From NCBI GenBank assembly GCA_964478025.1, contig CAYZGK010000001.1:151631-215630 (forward strand): a stretch of 64,000 nucleotides of DNA. Direction: 5' to 3'. Each line of letters starts with the position of its first letter. Positions within the stretch are counted from its first letter, which is position 1. The stretch comes from an uncultured Christensenella sp. Lineage in GTDB: Bacteria; Bacillota; Clostridia; Christensenellales; UBA3700. Below the pieces are notes generated by a model. That model saw only the letters and a list, made by a program, of their open reading frames with translations, was not told the origin of the DNA and did not search any database. Both the position numbers and the translations under genes were made by a program. Positions 9,701 through 17,874 of this stretch are shown in pieces.

Positions 9701-12491
9701 TTCTTCTTCTAAAAACTACTTGCTTCCAAGTGTAGAAGATTCTTCTAACTATACAAGTGAGGAAGGTGAAACAATTAGTAAAGTAGTAAATACAACAGAA
9801 ACTGATGGAGTTATAACTAAAATCACAAGAATAGTTACTATACATAAAGCAGGAACAAGACTTGTAAGAGAATATGCACAAGGATCATTTACTGAAAATG
9901 AACGTGGAACTAAGTATGAAGCTTATGATAATCTAACTTCTCTATATCCAAGTGTTGCAATTGACTTTAAGGGTGAATCACAATCAGGATATTATGAAAG
10001 TGAAATCTATAATGGTTACAACTCGCTTGCTTGTGTATTAAAAGGTGTAACAGAAGAGGATGGAACATTTAATCAAATATATTGTGAATTTGCATTCTAT
10101 CCAGCAACAATAGAGAGTGGGGCATACATGGTTTCAAGCGAAACTACATCATCAGCTATTGTTTCAAAAACAGGTTTGTATGTAGTTGTAATTACATTTA
10201 ATCAAATAGCATATTCTAACTATGCTGAAACAACTTATTATATGGTATATAATGTTAAGAAGTTAACAGCAACAATTACTGTGAACTCAGAAGGCTTAGA
10301 TACTTCAACAACATATACAGGTAAAGATGTTATAGAAAATCTAACAGGTTTTGCCTCTGTATCTGGACTAACAAAGACAGATATCAAGAGAAATTATGGT
10401 GTTTCTTATACATATTATGTAAAGAACAATTCTTATGAAGGTGAAAACTATAAGATGGTTGGCGAAGATAAATACGAGCAAGTCGATTCTATTATTGAAA
10501 GAGGCGAGTATTTAGCAGTAGTTAATAACAATATAAATACAGATAACTATGACATAGTTTATACAAACGATTCTTCATTAACAAAGACTAACGATGGATA
10601 TCCTTATGTTGCATTTGAAGTAAAACCAATGGTTATAACTATAAATGTTACAACAGAACCACAAAAAGTTTATGGTGAAGAATATGTTGGTAAATTAAAC
10701 TTCTCTGTATTATCTGGAGAGATTGTATCTAAAGATGATGCTGAAATTACATTAACATCTGATGGTATCGCAGCTAGTGCTAACGCAGGTCTATATGATA
10801 TAGTAGGTTCAACAACAGGTGCAAATAAAGATAATTATACAATTGTTGTTGAAAATGGAACTGACAAGTTTGTAGTATCAACAAGAGAGCTTGTGTTTGT
10901 TGTTAGCGATTATGAGAAAGTTTATGGAACTGAATTAGATACATCAAGTATAACTTACACTATTAAAGCTGGTTATACAGTTTATGGTGAAGATGATGTT
11001 TATCCGGTAATATCTACTGAGGCTTCTGGTGCAGAAGCGATTGTTGGAACATATTCAGTTACAGCAGAAAGTGCTGGAACAAGTAAAGATAATTATGTAA
11101 TTTCTATCGAAGGAAATGTAATTGTTACAGCAAAGGTATTAACACTATCTTCTATAACACCAGCAGATAACTTGGTTTATAGTGGTAGAGAAAAGAAGGC
11201 TACAGTAGTATTTGATGGAATTGTAAATAACGATGAAGTTAATGCTGTAATTATATATAATGAAACGGCTGAATTATTACCAATTAATGTTGGAGAATAT
11301 ACAGCAAGAGTAACGGGTGTAGATAATGCAAATTATACATATACAGCAAATGCTGAAGCCGATTTAACATTTGAAATTACAAAGAGAGATGTATCTGTAA
11401 TTGTTGAAAATATGACAATGGGATTTGGTGATACAAAAATTGTTCCAAACTCAGGTTTAGGATTTAGTTACTCAACAAACTCATTAGAGTTTGCAACAGA
11501 CGCAAACTTAACTTATGTTTATACAGCACCTTCACTAGATAGTTCAGCATCAGTTGGTTCATATACAGGTGTTGTAATTATGACATTATCTGGCGATGAT
11601 GCAGATAACTATAACTTAACTATAGAGCAAAATGGTAATCTTGAAATTACTATTAAAGATCTTCAATATATGACATTAGCAACAAGTAGTACAACATATA
11701 CTGGAGAGAATTTAATGGAAATGATTAAGCCAGACACTAATGCTGCAACAACAGAATGGTCAATGGCTGTATATAGCACAAATGAGTTTGTATATGGTGA
11801 AACAGCTTCCTTAACTGAGGTTGTTAATGCAGGTACATATTATGTATATATAACAGCAACTGAAGGAAGCGCAGTATTTGAAAGTAATGTTACATTACAA
11901 TTTACAGTAAATAAGGCTGCTTTTGATACAACAAAATTAGATGCAACTGATTTAGAGTTACATTATAACAAAGTTGTAGTTAAGGGAGATTTTGTAAGTT
12001 ATACATTATGTACAGGTTTAGATAGTGAAAACTTAACAGAGGGCGATACTGTTTCAAACTTAACTGCAATGAAATCTTATACAATTTATGTAAAAGTATT
12101 AGAATCAGATAACTATTTAGAATCTAGCGTTATGTCAATTGCCTTTACAACAACATTTGACCCAACAAGTGTAAATTCAGAGTTAGACAAACTTGCAAAG
12201 AGCTTTGGATTTAAAGATATAGCTACATATAAGACTGTAATTGCTAATATTGAAAATGTAAGTGAGAAAGATGAGTCATTAATAGATTCTACTAAGTTAG
12301 AAACAGTTAAGAGCAATTATAAGAAACTTACAAGTTCAGCAAAGAGTGCTGTAACATCTGCAAGAGATGTTGCGTCTAAGACAGCACAAACATCTTTAAA
12401 GGTTAAAGTAGCATCTACATCAGCAATAAGTTTAGCAGTAGCAGGCTTAATGGTTGGATTAAAAAAGAAAAAAGATAAAGTGGTTAAATAG
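6711..12491 (+). CDS. giant surface protein 2 (1926 aa), paralog of protein 1; MBG (YGX/YDG-type) repeats, C-terminal TM and basic tail
   Basis: AGGAGG 6696-6701, ATG 6711. N-terminal anchor LIITLISLSVVIMLIASLCVAF. Shares with protein 1 the segments DGCGYTI, GGFAG-type repeats and IDGVISSWTG. C-terminal half has repeats such as KVYGTELD...VGTYSV...SKDNYVISIEGNVIVTAKVL, the signature of MBG YGX-type domains. Ends ISLAVAGLMVGLKKKKDKVVK. Confidence 0.85.
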   Translation: MTNNINKKYLIITLISLSVVIMLIASLCVAFNQETGVISVNEASADSINLTAGFNGVVESGYVSPYASKSSNVYAIGSADELTAFVETAYAGATADSQIYGYLTGNISYSNATFNNAVFKYAHLDGCGYTITYNCATKNSSGLSVFVQGTNFEMDDSKYVAHYKSNKTPFGYEKNGNTGFFSAGLFGSIGYNCEIINTNFRFAGNWKADFLTSGNYLNRPLALGVVLGYVVGGKIDNCSLTFTSGSYIEISACSSKNGHDTDGLATLIMGGFAAVWDGYKEDTSISDTILSNSKVTMESTSYIRGYSQGVVSGLFQRLSPRVFVGGFAGTLCNSAEMYNLTAAGSGYFIADVSGPGYNTGNDRLGFSGIIVGTNTTQDQDLYSMHNQASGCTAGTIDGVISSWTGSACEEVGSEYKSKYTKTTGQYVFGGVIAGVSTAGTVKNVYITISEDDLTSQCSDNSPTNISAPYDGGNSNRPFTTSTEYQGYCGLLISGLQGDIGSGFIDRYIYSESSSSFEKIGASTENAVGLIWSDATENADVLPYGDSTKLSGYTIDSGYFVWSMSITGTGISEVNKNLYNEATNVQDAINNYKVYTSPTAIERGKSSGLNLTLEVTFGRAVYYEFNESGFGTASSFSFGSKTYDASSGITPPSVVLKTYNGSSKVSLNYTESKSEISKVNSNTLLTDTSIWTVYDAGNFAAYGIDHIKNAGDYELTVYNGDANSKFDFLNKNLHLVAYRTDNSYYKDEYKGTATKWQPLYTYTINQKEVTGAWATLTNNVDNESYTTPQDFTYCGQNINFAYTYSSGLVGSDVGYVVNNYYTITYTKVAASRLLNNVEYYQKNTDGTYTSIGYTTDANFPTIDEYYKKNENTTSNISNAGTYKIAVNRTLSNENYKISDSVQTEWTIEVSPRTLSVLFRNMDEYEYNKQEQQATWIVATTKDSSATVHSKFNDSTTLINANIVVYNVFESTAVNVTYDSSNDYESVGNYYVYISLASGSSSKNYLLPSVEDSSNYTSEEGETISKVVNTTETDGVITKITRIVTIHKAGTRLVREYAQGSFTENERGTKYEAYDNLTSLYPSVAIDFKGESQSGYYESEIYNGYNSLACVLKGVTEEDGTFNQIYCEFAFYPATIESGAYMVSSETTSSAIVSKTGLYVVVITFNQIAYSNYAETTYYMVYNVKKLTATITVNSEGLDTSTTYTGKDVIENLTGFASVSGLTKTDIKRNYGVSYTYYVKNNSYEGENYKMVGEDKYEQVDSIIERGEYLAVVNNNINTDNYDIVYTNDSSLTKTNDGYPYVAFEVKPMVITINVTTEPQKVYGEEYVGKLNFSVLSGEIVSKDDAEITLTSDGIAASANAGLYDIVGSTTGANKDNYTIVVENGTDKFVVSTRELVFVVSDYEKVYGTELDTSSITYTIKAGYTVYGEDDVYPVISTEASGAEAIVGTYSVTAESAGTSKDNYVISIEGNVIVTAKVLTLSSITPADNLVYSGREKKATVVFDGIVNNDEVNAVIIYNETAELLPINVGEYTARVTGVDNANYTYTANAEADLTFEITKRDVSVIVENMTMGFGDTKIVPNSGLGFSYSTNSLEFATDANLTYVYTAPSLDSSASVGSYTGVVIMTLSGDDADNYNLTIEQNGNLEITIKDLQYMTLATSSTTYTGENLMEMIKPDTNAATTEWSMAVYSTNEFVYGETASLTEVVNAGTYYVYITATEGSAVFESNVTLQFTVNKAAFDTTKLDATDLELHYNKVVVKGDFVSYTLCTGLDSENLTEGDTVSNLTAMKSYTIYVKVLESDNYLESSVMSIAFTTTFDPTSVNSELDKLAKSFGFKDIATYKTVIANIENVSEKDESLIDSTKLETVKSNYKKLTSSAKSAVTSARDVASKTAQTSLKVKVASTSAISLAVAGLMVGLKKKKDKVVK

Positions 12492-12507
12492 TAGGAGGTA
12501 ATTAAAT

Positions 12508-13050
12508 ATGAAAAAGAAAAATTTATTATTAGTTATATTAGTGTTGGTTATCTCTTTAGTAGTTGCTCTTTCTGCCTGTCATGAAGAGGAGGTAAATCCA
12601 AATAATACTACAACAAATAATGGTTCTAGTATTTCTGCAACGGATTTCTTTACGGCAGCTGCAAATCTTTCAGATTGCAAAGTAGCAATTACTATTAAAT
12701 CTCAAGATGGAGAAACTATTTATACAAGAGATGCAAATGGTAAAGAATCTGATCCATATGGTTTAGGATTTGGAACATCTACATTCTCAGGAACTGCAAG
12801 TGGATTAACATACACAGAGACTGACTTTACGGATCCAAAAATTGTTGAGGATATTGTAACATCTACAAATACATATAGTGCTACAATTGCTTCTCCTAAA
12901 GATTATTTAGGAATATCTACTGGCGATGTTTCAAACGCTACAATCTCTATGGTAATGGATGAGTCAAAGAGTGTTACAAGTATTGTATTAAAATATACCC
13001 ATACAATAGATGGTTATGCATATAATACAGAAATTAAAATAACAAAATAA
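12508..13050 (+). CDS. small lipoprotein, function unknown
   Basis: AGGAGG 12493-12498 with 9-nt spacing. Signal peptide with lipobox L-S-A-C (MKKKNLLLVILVLVISLVVALSAC). Last gene of the surface-protein operon. Confidence 0.8.
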   Translation: MKKKNLLLVILVLVISLVVALSACHEEEVNPNNTTTNNGSSISATDFFTAAANLSDCKVAITIKSQDGETIYTRDANGKESDPYGLGFGTSTFSGTASGLTYTETDFTDPKIVEDIVTSTNTYSATIASPKDYLGISTGDVSNATISMVMDESKSVTSIVLKYTHTIDGYAYNTEIKITK

Positions 13051-13076
13051 ATAAAAAAGACTTTATAAAAGTAAGT

Positions 13077-13109
13077 GGTATAGGTGGTAAAATCTATACC
13101 ATTTTTTTT
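13077..13109 (+). terminator. rho-independent terminator of the surface-protein operon
   Basis: GGTATAG - 10-nt loop - CTATACC followed by ATTTTTTTT. Confidence 0.7.
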
Positions 13110-13177
13110 AGGTAAAAATAAAAGAAAATTGTTAAAATTAAAAAATCTAGCAGTTAAGGGGAATTTGGGTATGTTGT

Positions 13178-13323
13178 TACAAGTTTTACTAACTTTTTAG
13201 GTGCTTCAAATACAAGTTTTACTAGGTTTTTATTGTCAATATTTACAAGTTTTACTACATTTTTAAACTGTATATTTACAAGTTTTGCTAAATTTGGGTG
13301 TATTGGTTAAATAAGTTTAGTTA
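13178..13323. repeat. five in-phase copies of a 14-bp box at exactly 33-bp spacing
   Basis: TACAAGTTTTACTA at 13178, 13211 and 13244; TACAAGTTTTGCTA at 13277; degenerate AATAAGTTTAGTTA at 13310. Each box is followed by NN-TTTTT/TTTGG. Confidence 0.9.
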
Positions 13324-13327
13324 TTTG

Positions 13328-13336
13328 TGATATACT
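13328..13336 (+). promoter_or_regulatory. extended -10 element (TGaTATACT) 7 nt upstream of ATG 13344; candidate leaderless promoter
   Basis: TG 13328-13329, TATACT 13331-13336, then tttatag, then ATG. No Shine-Dalgarno sequence. Confidence 0.5.
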
Positions 13337-13343
13337 TTTATAG

Positions 13344-14483
13344 ATGGAAAAACGCGTTGTAGTAATAGGTGGTGGAATAAGCGGAATTATAACTTCTCTT
13401 GAACTTAAGAAAAGAGGAGTAGATGTTTGTTTAATTGAGGCAAAAGATAGACTTGGAAAGAAAATATTGGCATCCGGAAATGGAAAGTGCAATATTTTAA
13501 ATAGAAATTTAAACGCTTCGTTTTATAATACGGATTTTGTTAAATATGCCATTGAAAAATATAACTTTGATGTTCTATATAATTATTATTCAAATCTAGG
13601 CATTATGCTTAGAGAAGATGAAGAGGGAAGAGTATATCCTTATTCGGAAAGCTCAAATACAATATTAAATGCTCTTTTAGACCAATTATCCCTATATAAA
13701 GTAGATGTTTTTTTAAATGAAGAAGTTAAATCTATAAAAAAAGAAAACGAAGGATTTATTGTAAAAACAACAAAAAACCAAATTAAAACAGATAAAATAG
13801 TACTATCCACAGGCTCAAATGCATCGTTTGGAATTAATTCTCACTATTTATTAGGCGATTTAGGGCAAAAAACAACTAAACTTAAACAAACACTTGTTCC
13901 ACTTAAAACAAAGGCTATAATTGGCGCTAACGGGGTAAGAGCTAAAGTTAAATTATCTTTATATATAGAAAACGAACTAATATTTAGTGAAGATGGAGAA
14001 GTTTTATTTAAAGAAAGGGCCATATCTGGCATTTTAGCATTTAAAGCTTCTATATATTTATCTAGGTGGATGGTAAAAAATAATAAGGATGAAGTTAATG
14101 CATTTGCTATGCTTGATTTTGTTCCAAATATGAATGTAGATGAATTAAGAGATTATTTAAATAATTCTAAACTTTCAAATCCGCTTTTTGGTGTTGTTCA
14201 TAAAGCTATAGCTCAAAATATTAAAGGAAAGGATATTGCATTTGAATTAAAAAATTATAAGTGTAAAATAGATGGCCTTACAAATCTTGAAAATGCACAA
14301 GTTATGTCAGGTGGCCTTGATGTTAACTTTTTTGATGATAAAACTTATATGTCAAAAACATTAAATAATGTTTATGCATGCGGCGAAGTTTTAGATGTGG
14401 ATGGTCAGTGTGGTGGATATAACTTATCCTTCGCACTTGCATCGTCATTATGTGTTGTAGATAGTATATGCAAATCAAAGTAA
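13344..14483 (+). CDS. HI0933/BaiN-like FAD flavoprotein
   Basis: VVVIGGGISGI dinucleotide-binding motif followed by GKKILASGNGKCNILN, the HI0933-family signature. Confidence 0.8.
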   Translation: MEKRVVVIGGGISGIITSLELKKRGVDVCLIEAKDRLGKKILASGNGKCNILNRNLNASFYNTDFVKYAIEKYNFDVLYNYYSNLGIMLREDEEGRVYPYSESSNTILNALLDQLSLYKVDVFLNEEVKSIKKENEGFIVKTTKNQIKTDKIVLSTGSNASFGINSHYLLGDLGQKTTKLKQTLVPLKTKAIIGANGVRAKVKLSLYIENELIFSEDGEVLFKERAISGILAFKASIYLSRWMVKNNKDEVNAFAMLDFVPNMNVDELRDYLNNSKLSNPLFGVVHKAIAQNIKGKDIAFELKNYKCKIDGLTNLENAQVMSGGLDVNFFDDKTYMSKTLNNVYACGEVLDVDGQCGGYNLSFALASSLCVVDSICKSK

Positions 14484-16051
14484 ATGATATAAAATTACCT
14501 ATAATTCATTCTAAATTAGATATTGAAAAAGTTTTATCTAATACGCTTCGTGTAAAGCCAAGTTCAATTAAAAATTATAAGATTTTAAAAGAATCAGTAG
14601 ATTCAAGAAAAAAAGAAATAAATTATGTTTACTCTCTTGCAGTTGAGATATCTGATGATGAGAAAAAATTAAGTAAAAATCCAAAATATTCAAAATATGT
14701 AGAACAGGACTTTACATTAGATTTTTTACTAAAGTCATACAATAGAAAAAATACTAAATTAAGACCTATTGTTGTAGGCTCTGGCCCTTGTGGAATGTTT
14801 GCTGCGTTAACTCTTGCCAAGGCAGGATTAAAACCTATAATTATAGAAAGAGGAAAATCTGTTGACGAAAGAAAACAAAGCGTAAATGTATTTAATGAAA
14901 AGGGTATTTTAGATAAAGAATGTAATATTCAATTTGGAGAAGGTGGAGCTGGTACTTTTTCTGATGGAAAATTAAATACAGGTACTTCATCTTATCTTAT
15001 AAACACAGTATTAAAAGAGTTTGTGCTTCATGGAGCTCAATCAAATATTTTATATGAAGCAAAGCCACATATTGGTACAGACGTTTTAATAAATGTTGTT
15101 AAAAACATAAGAGAAGATATAGAAAAATTAGGTGGAGAATACCTTTTTAGTACAAAACTTGTTGATATAAAACAAAATGTAGGAAACTTAGAGTCTATTA
15201 TTGTTGAAAGACAAGGAAATAGAGAAGAAATAAAAACTAATTTATGTATACTTGCAATAGGCCATAGTGCAAGAGATACTTTTGAAATGTTATCTAGTAA
15301 GGTTTTAATGGAACAAAAAGCTTTTTCTATTGGTGTTAGAGTTGAACATTTACAAAAGGATATATCACTTGCTCAATATGGAGATAAATATACACTTTTA
15401 AAGCCTGCTTCATATAAACTTGCCTGCCATTTAGATAATAATAGGAGTTGTTACACATTCTGTATGTGCCCAGGCGGCTATGTTGTAGCTGCTACCTCTG
15501 AAGAGGAAATGGTAGTTACAAATGGTATGAGTTTATCTAAAAGAGATGGAATTAATGCAAACTCTGCACTATTAGTTGGGGTAAATCCATCGGATTTTAA
15601 AAGTGATAACGTACTAGCTGGCGTAGAGTTTCAAAGAAAATATGAAAAACTTGCATATAAAATAGGTGGTAATTACAAAGCTCCTTGTCAAAGATATGAA
15701 GATTTAAAAAATAAAAAAATATCTACAAACTTTAATACAATAAAACCTACATATCCATTAGGTGTAGTGGAGGCTGATTTAAGAGAATGCCTTCCAAATT
15801 ATGTAATAGAATCTTTATTAAAAGCCATGCCTATATTTGATAGTAAAATAAAAGGTTTTGCTAATCCAGATACAATATTTACAGGTGTAGAAACAAGATC
15901 TTCAAGCCCTGTTAGGATTATGAGAGATAGAAATTATTCAAGTTCTATAAAAGGTTTAATGCCATGTGGAGAAGGCGCTGGATATGCGGGCGGAATAATG
16001 TCTGCCGCTGTTGATGGTATTAATGCTGCACTTATGATTCTTTCTTCATAG
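14468..16051 (+). CDS. FAD-dependent dehydrogenase of the COG2509 type (uncharacterised)
   Basis: N-terminal IKLPI.H segment, VVGSGPCGMFAAL...ERG Rossmann motif, GEGAGYAGGI near the C-terminus. Overlaps the upstream gene by 16 nt. Confidence 0.8.
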   Translation: MQIKVNDIKLPIIHSKLDIEKVLSNTLRVKPSSIKNYKILKESVDSRKKEINYVYSLAVEISDDEKKLSKNPKYSKYVEQDFTLDFLLKSYNRKNTKLRPIVVGSGPCGMFAALTLAKAGLKPIIIERGKSVDERKQSVNVFNEKGILDKECNIQFGEGGAGTFSDGKLNTGTSSYLINTVLKEFVLHGAQSNILYEAKPHIGTDVLINVVKNIREDIEKLGGEYLFSTKLVDIKQNVGNLESIIVERQGNREEIKTNLCILAIGHSARDTFEMLSSKVLMEQKAFSIGVRVEHLQKDISLAQYGDKYTLLKPASYKLACHLDNNRSCYTFCMCPGGYVVAATSEEEMVVTNGMSLSKRDGINANSALLVGVNPSDFKSDNVLAGVEFQRKYEKLAYKIGGNYKAPCQRYEDLKNKKISTNFNTIKPTYPLGVVEADLRECLPNYVIESLLKAMPIFDSKIKGFANPDTIFTGVETRSSSPVRIMRDRNYSSSIKGLMPCGEGAGYAGGIMSAAVDGINAALMILSS

Positions 16052-16248
16052 TATATTTCTAATTTTCAATTATTAATATGTTTACTTTCGTACCAAAATT
16101 ATCAACTTTTATGGTACGAAAATAAACAATAGATTTTGGATAAAATAGATTGCTTATTTGTTTATGCTCAATTTTTTTGTTAAAAATTAATACCATGTTA
16201 CCCTCTTAATTACCATTTTTGAAATTTATCTTATCATTATGAATGTAA

Positions 16249-16326
16249 TTGATAGGATATATGATATGATAAAATAAAAAAAATTGACGAATGATAGGAT
16301 AAATGATATGATAAATGATAGGATAA
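16249..16326. promoter_or_regulatory. 12-bp tandem repeats (ATGATAGGATAA / ATGATATGATAA) overlapping the promoter of the first COG2865 gene
   Basis: Units at 16249, 16261, 16291, 16303 and 16315. TTGACG 16284-16289, 17-nt spacer, TATGAT 16307-16312 lies inside the repeats. Confidence 0.75.
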
Positions 16327-16347
16327 AACAAAAAGAGAGGTATTAAT

Positions 16348-17688
16348 ATGATTGAGTCAGAAACATTAGAATTAAAGAAATCATTATCGCAATTAAGAGA
16401 AGGTATAATCTCTTTAAGTTCAATGCTTAATAAGAAAAAAGAAGGAACAGTAATATTTGGTATAAATGACGATTCAAGGCTTGTAGGTATTACTATTGGA
16501 AAGAAAACTAAGGCGGATATTACTCATGAGATTCAAAACAATCTAAAGCCATTGCCTTCTACAATTAAAATTGATGAAATTGTTGAAGATAATAAAAATA
16601 TCATTAAAGTATATGTTAAAGGTGAAGATACACCATATTCAGCTTATGGAAGATATTACATAAGAATTAATGATTCGGATATAGTAATGGATTCGAATCA
16701 GCTTCAAAGATTTTTTGGAGAGAAAGAAGATAATTATCTTAAATGGGAACAAACGGAAACTCAATATGGTATAGATGATATAAATGAAGATTTGTTGATT
16801 GATTGTATTCGTACTGCAAACGAAAAAGGGAGATTAGAATATGTTTATAGAAATCCTAAAGAAGCATTGAGTAAATTAGGTTTAATAACTTTTAATGATA
16901 AATTAAATAATGCGGGATTGTTTTTATTTGGTAATAATAAACCTCTAACAATTAAAGAGGCAAATTATCCTACAGATAATAGAACTGAATTTGGAGAAAT
17001 AAAGGAATTTAAAGGGAATATTATTGAGTGTATCAAGGAAGCAGTATCATATATTCAAAACCATATTTCGTTTAAATCTAATATTGTTGGTATTCAACGA
17101 GAAGAGATACCAGAAATTCCAGTAAGGGCGATAAGGGAGATAGTTGTTAACTCATTTGCACATTGTTCTTATGCAAGGGTAGGTGATTATAATCAATATG
17201 TGATTTATAAATCATCAGTTAGGATTTATAATCCAGGTTCAATAATTAAAGGAATAGATCCCATAAACTTTGCCTCTGGGAAGGTGGGCAGTAAAATAAG
17301 AAATCTATTGATTGCTTCGACATTGTTTAAGTATGGATATATTGATGCCTTTGGAACTGGTTTTGATAGAACTTTTACATTGTGTAGTCAAAATGACGTT
17401 GAATATAAGTATATTGAGGATGATTTTGGTTTTACATTTGTATTTGAAAGAAAAAAGGATTTTTTAAATGATAGGATAAATGATAGGATAAATGATAGGA
17501 TAAATGATTTAGATGAACAAATTAAAAAATTAATTATTGAAAATAAGTATATTACTATTTCTGAATTATCTGACATAACTATAAAATCGGTGCCTACAAT
17601 TAATAGACATTTGAATAATCTTTTAAAATCTAAAGTTATAAGAAGAGTTGGCTCAAGAAAAACTGGATATTGGGAAGTCTTAAAGTAA
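16348..17688 (+). CDS. COG2865-type protein 1: AlbA_2/Schlafen-like N-domain + HATPase_c_4-like domain + C-terminal winged HTH
   Basis: GAGAGG RBS 7 nt upstream. N-terminus ESETLELKKS...VIFGI.D.G.VVGI is typical of AlbA_2. Central AIREIVVNSFAHCSY is ATPase-like. C-terminus ISELSDIT.KSVPTINRHLNNLLKSKVIRRVGSRKTGYWEV is a wHTH. Confidence 0.75.
   Translation: MIESETLELKKSLSQLREGIISLSSMLNKKKEGTVIFGINDDSRLVGITIGKKTKADITHEIQNNLKPLPSTIKIDEIVEDNKNIIKVYVKGEDTPYSAYGRYYIRINDSDIVMDSNQLQRFFGEKEDNYLKWEQTETQYGIDDINEDLLIDCIRTANEKGRLEYVYRNPKEALSKLGLITFNDKLNNAGLFLFGNNKPLTIKEANYPTDNRTEFGEIKEFKGNIIECIKEAVSYIQNHISFKSNIVGIQREEIPEIPVRAIREIVVNSFAHCSYARVGDYNQYVIYKSSVRIYNPGSIIKGIDPINFASGKVGSKIRNLLIASTLFKYGYIDAFGTGFDRTFTLCSQNDVEYKYIEDDFGFTFVFERKKDFLNDRINDRINDRINDLDEQIKKLIIENKYITISELSDITIKSVPTINRHLNNLLKSKVIRRVGSRKTGYWEVLK
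17468..17503 (+). repeat. three perfect tandem copies of ATGATAGGATAA inside the COG2865-1 coding sequence (encodes DRIN x3)
   Basis: Read directly. Same 12-mer as in the promoter at 16291 and 16315. Confidence 0.95.
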
Positions 17689-17874
17689 AATGAATTTATA
17701 TCTTTAAATTATTTGTATTGGTTTTATTGACTTTTTTTTCTAATATTACAAAAATTTTTAGAATAAAAGTCAACAACTAGTGCTTTTAACTTTTAGTGTT
17801 AACTAGTATTTTCTTTTGTTGTTATATAAAATGCGCGTATGTTATAATATTTTATATTTATAGGAGATACTACT

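Noticed and set aside
13178-13323. Whether the 33-bp and 35-bp phased arrays (13178-13323, 23768-23872) are mini CRISPR arrays.
   Set aside because: The conserved part is only 14-22 bp, there are 3-5 copies, the variable parts are AT-rich promoter-like sequence, and there are no cas genes. They sit exactly on promoters, so they are more likely regulatory.
16086-16121. Hairpin TTTCGTACC-N18-GGTACGAAA after the second flavoprotein gene, considered as a terminator. A 15-codon ORF (16078-16125) overlaps it.
   Set aside because: There is no U-tract after the stem and the loop is large, so I did not list it as a terminator. The mini-ORF has no RBS and is probably fortuitous.
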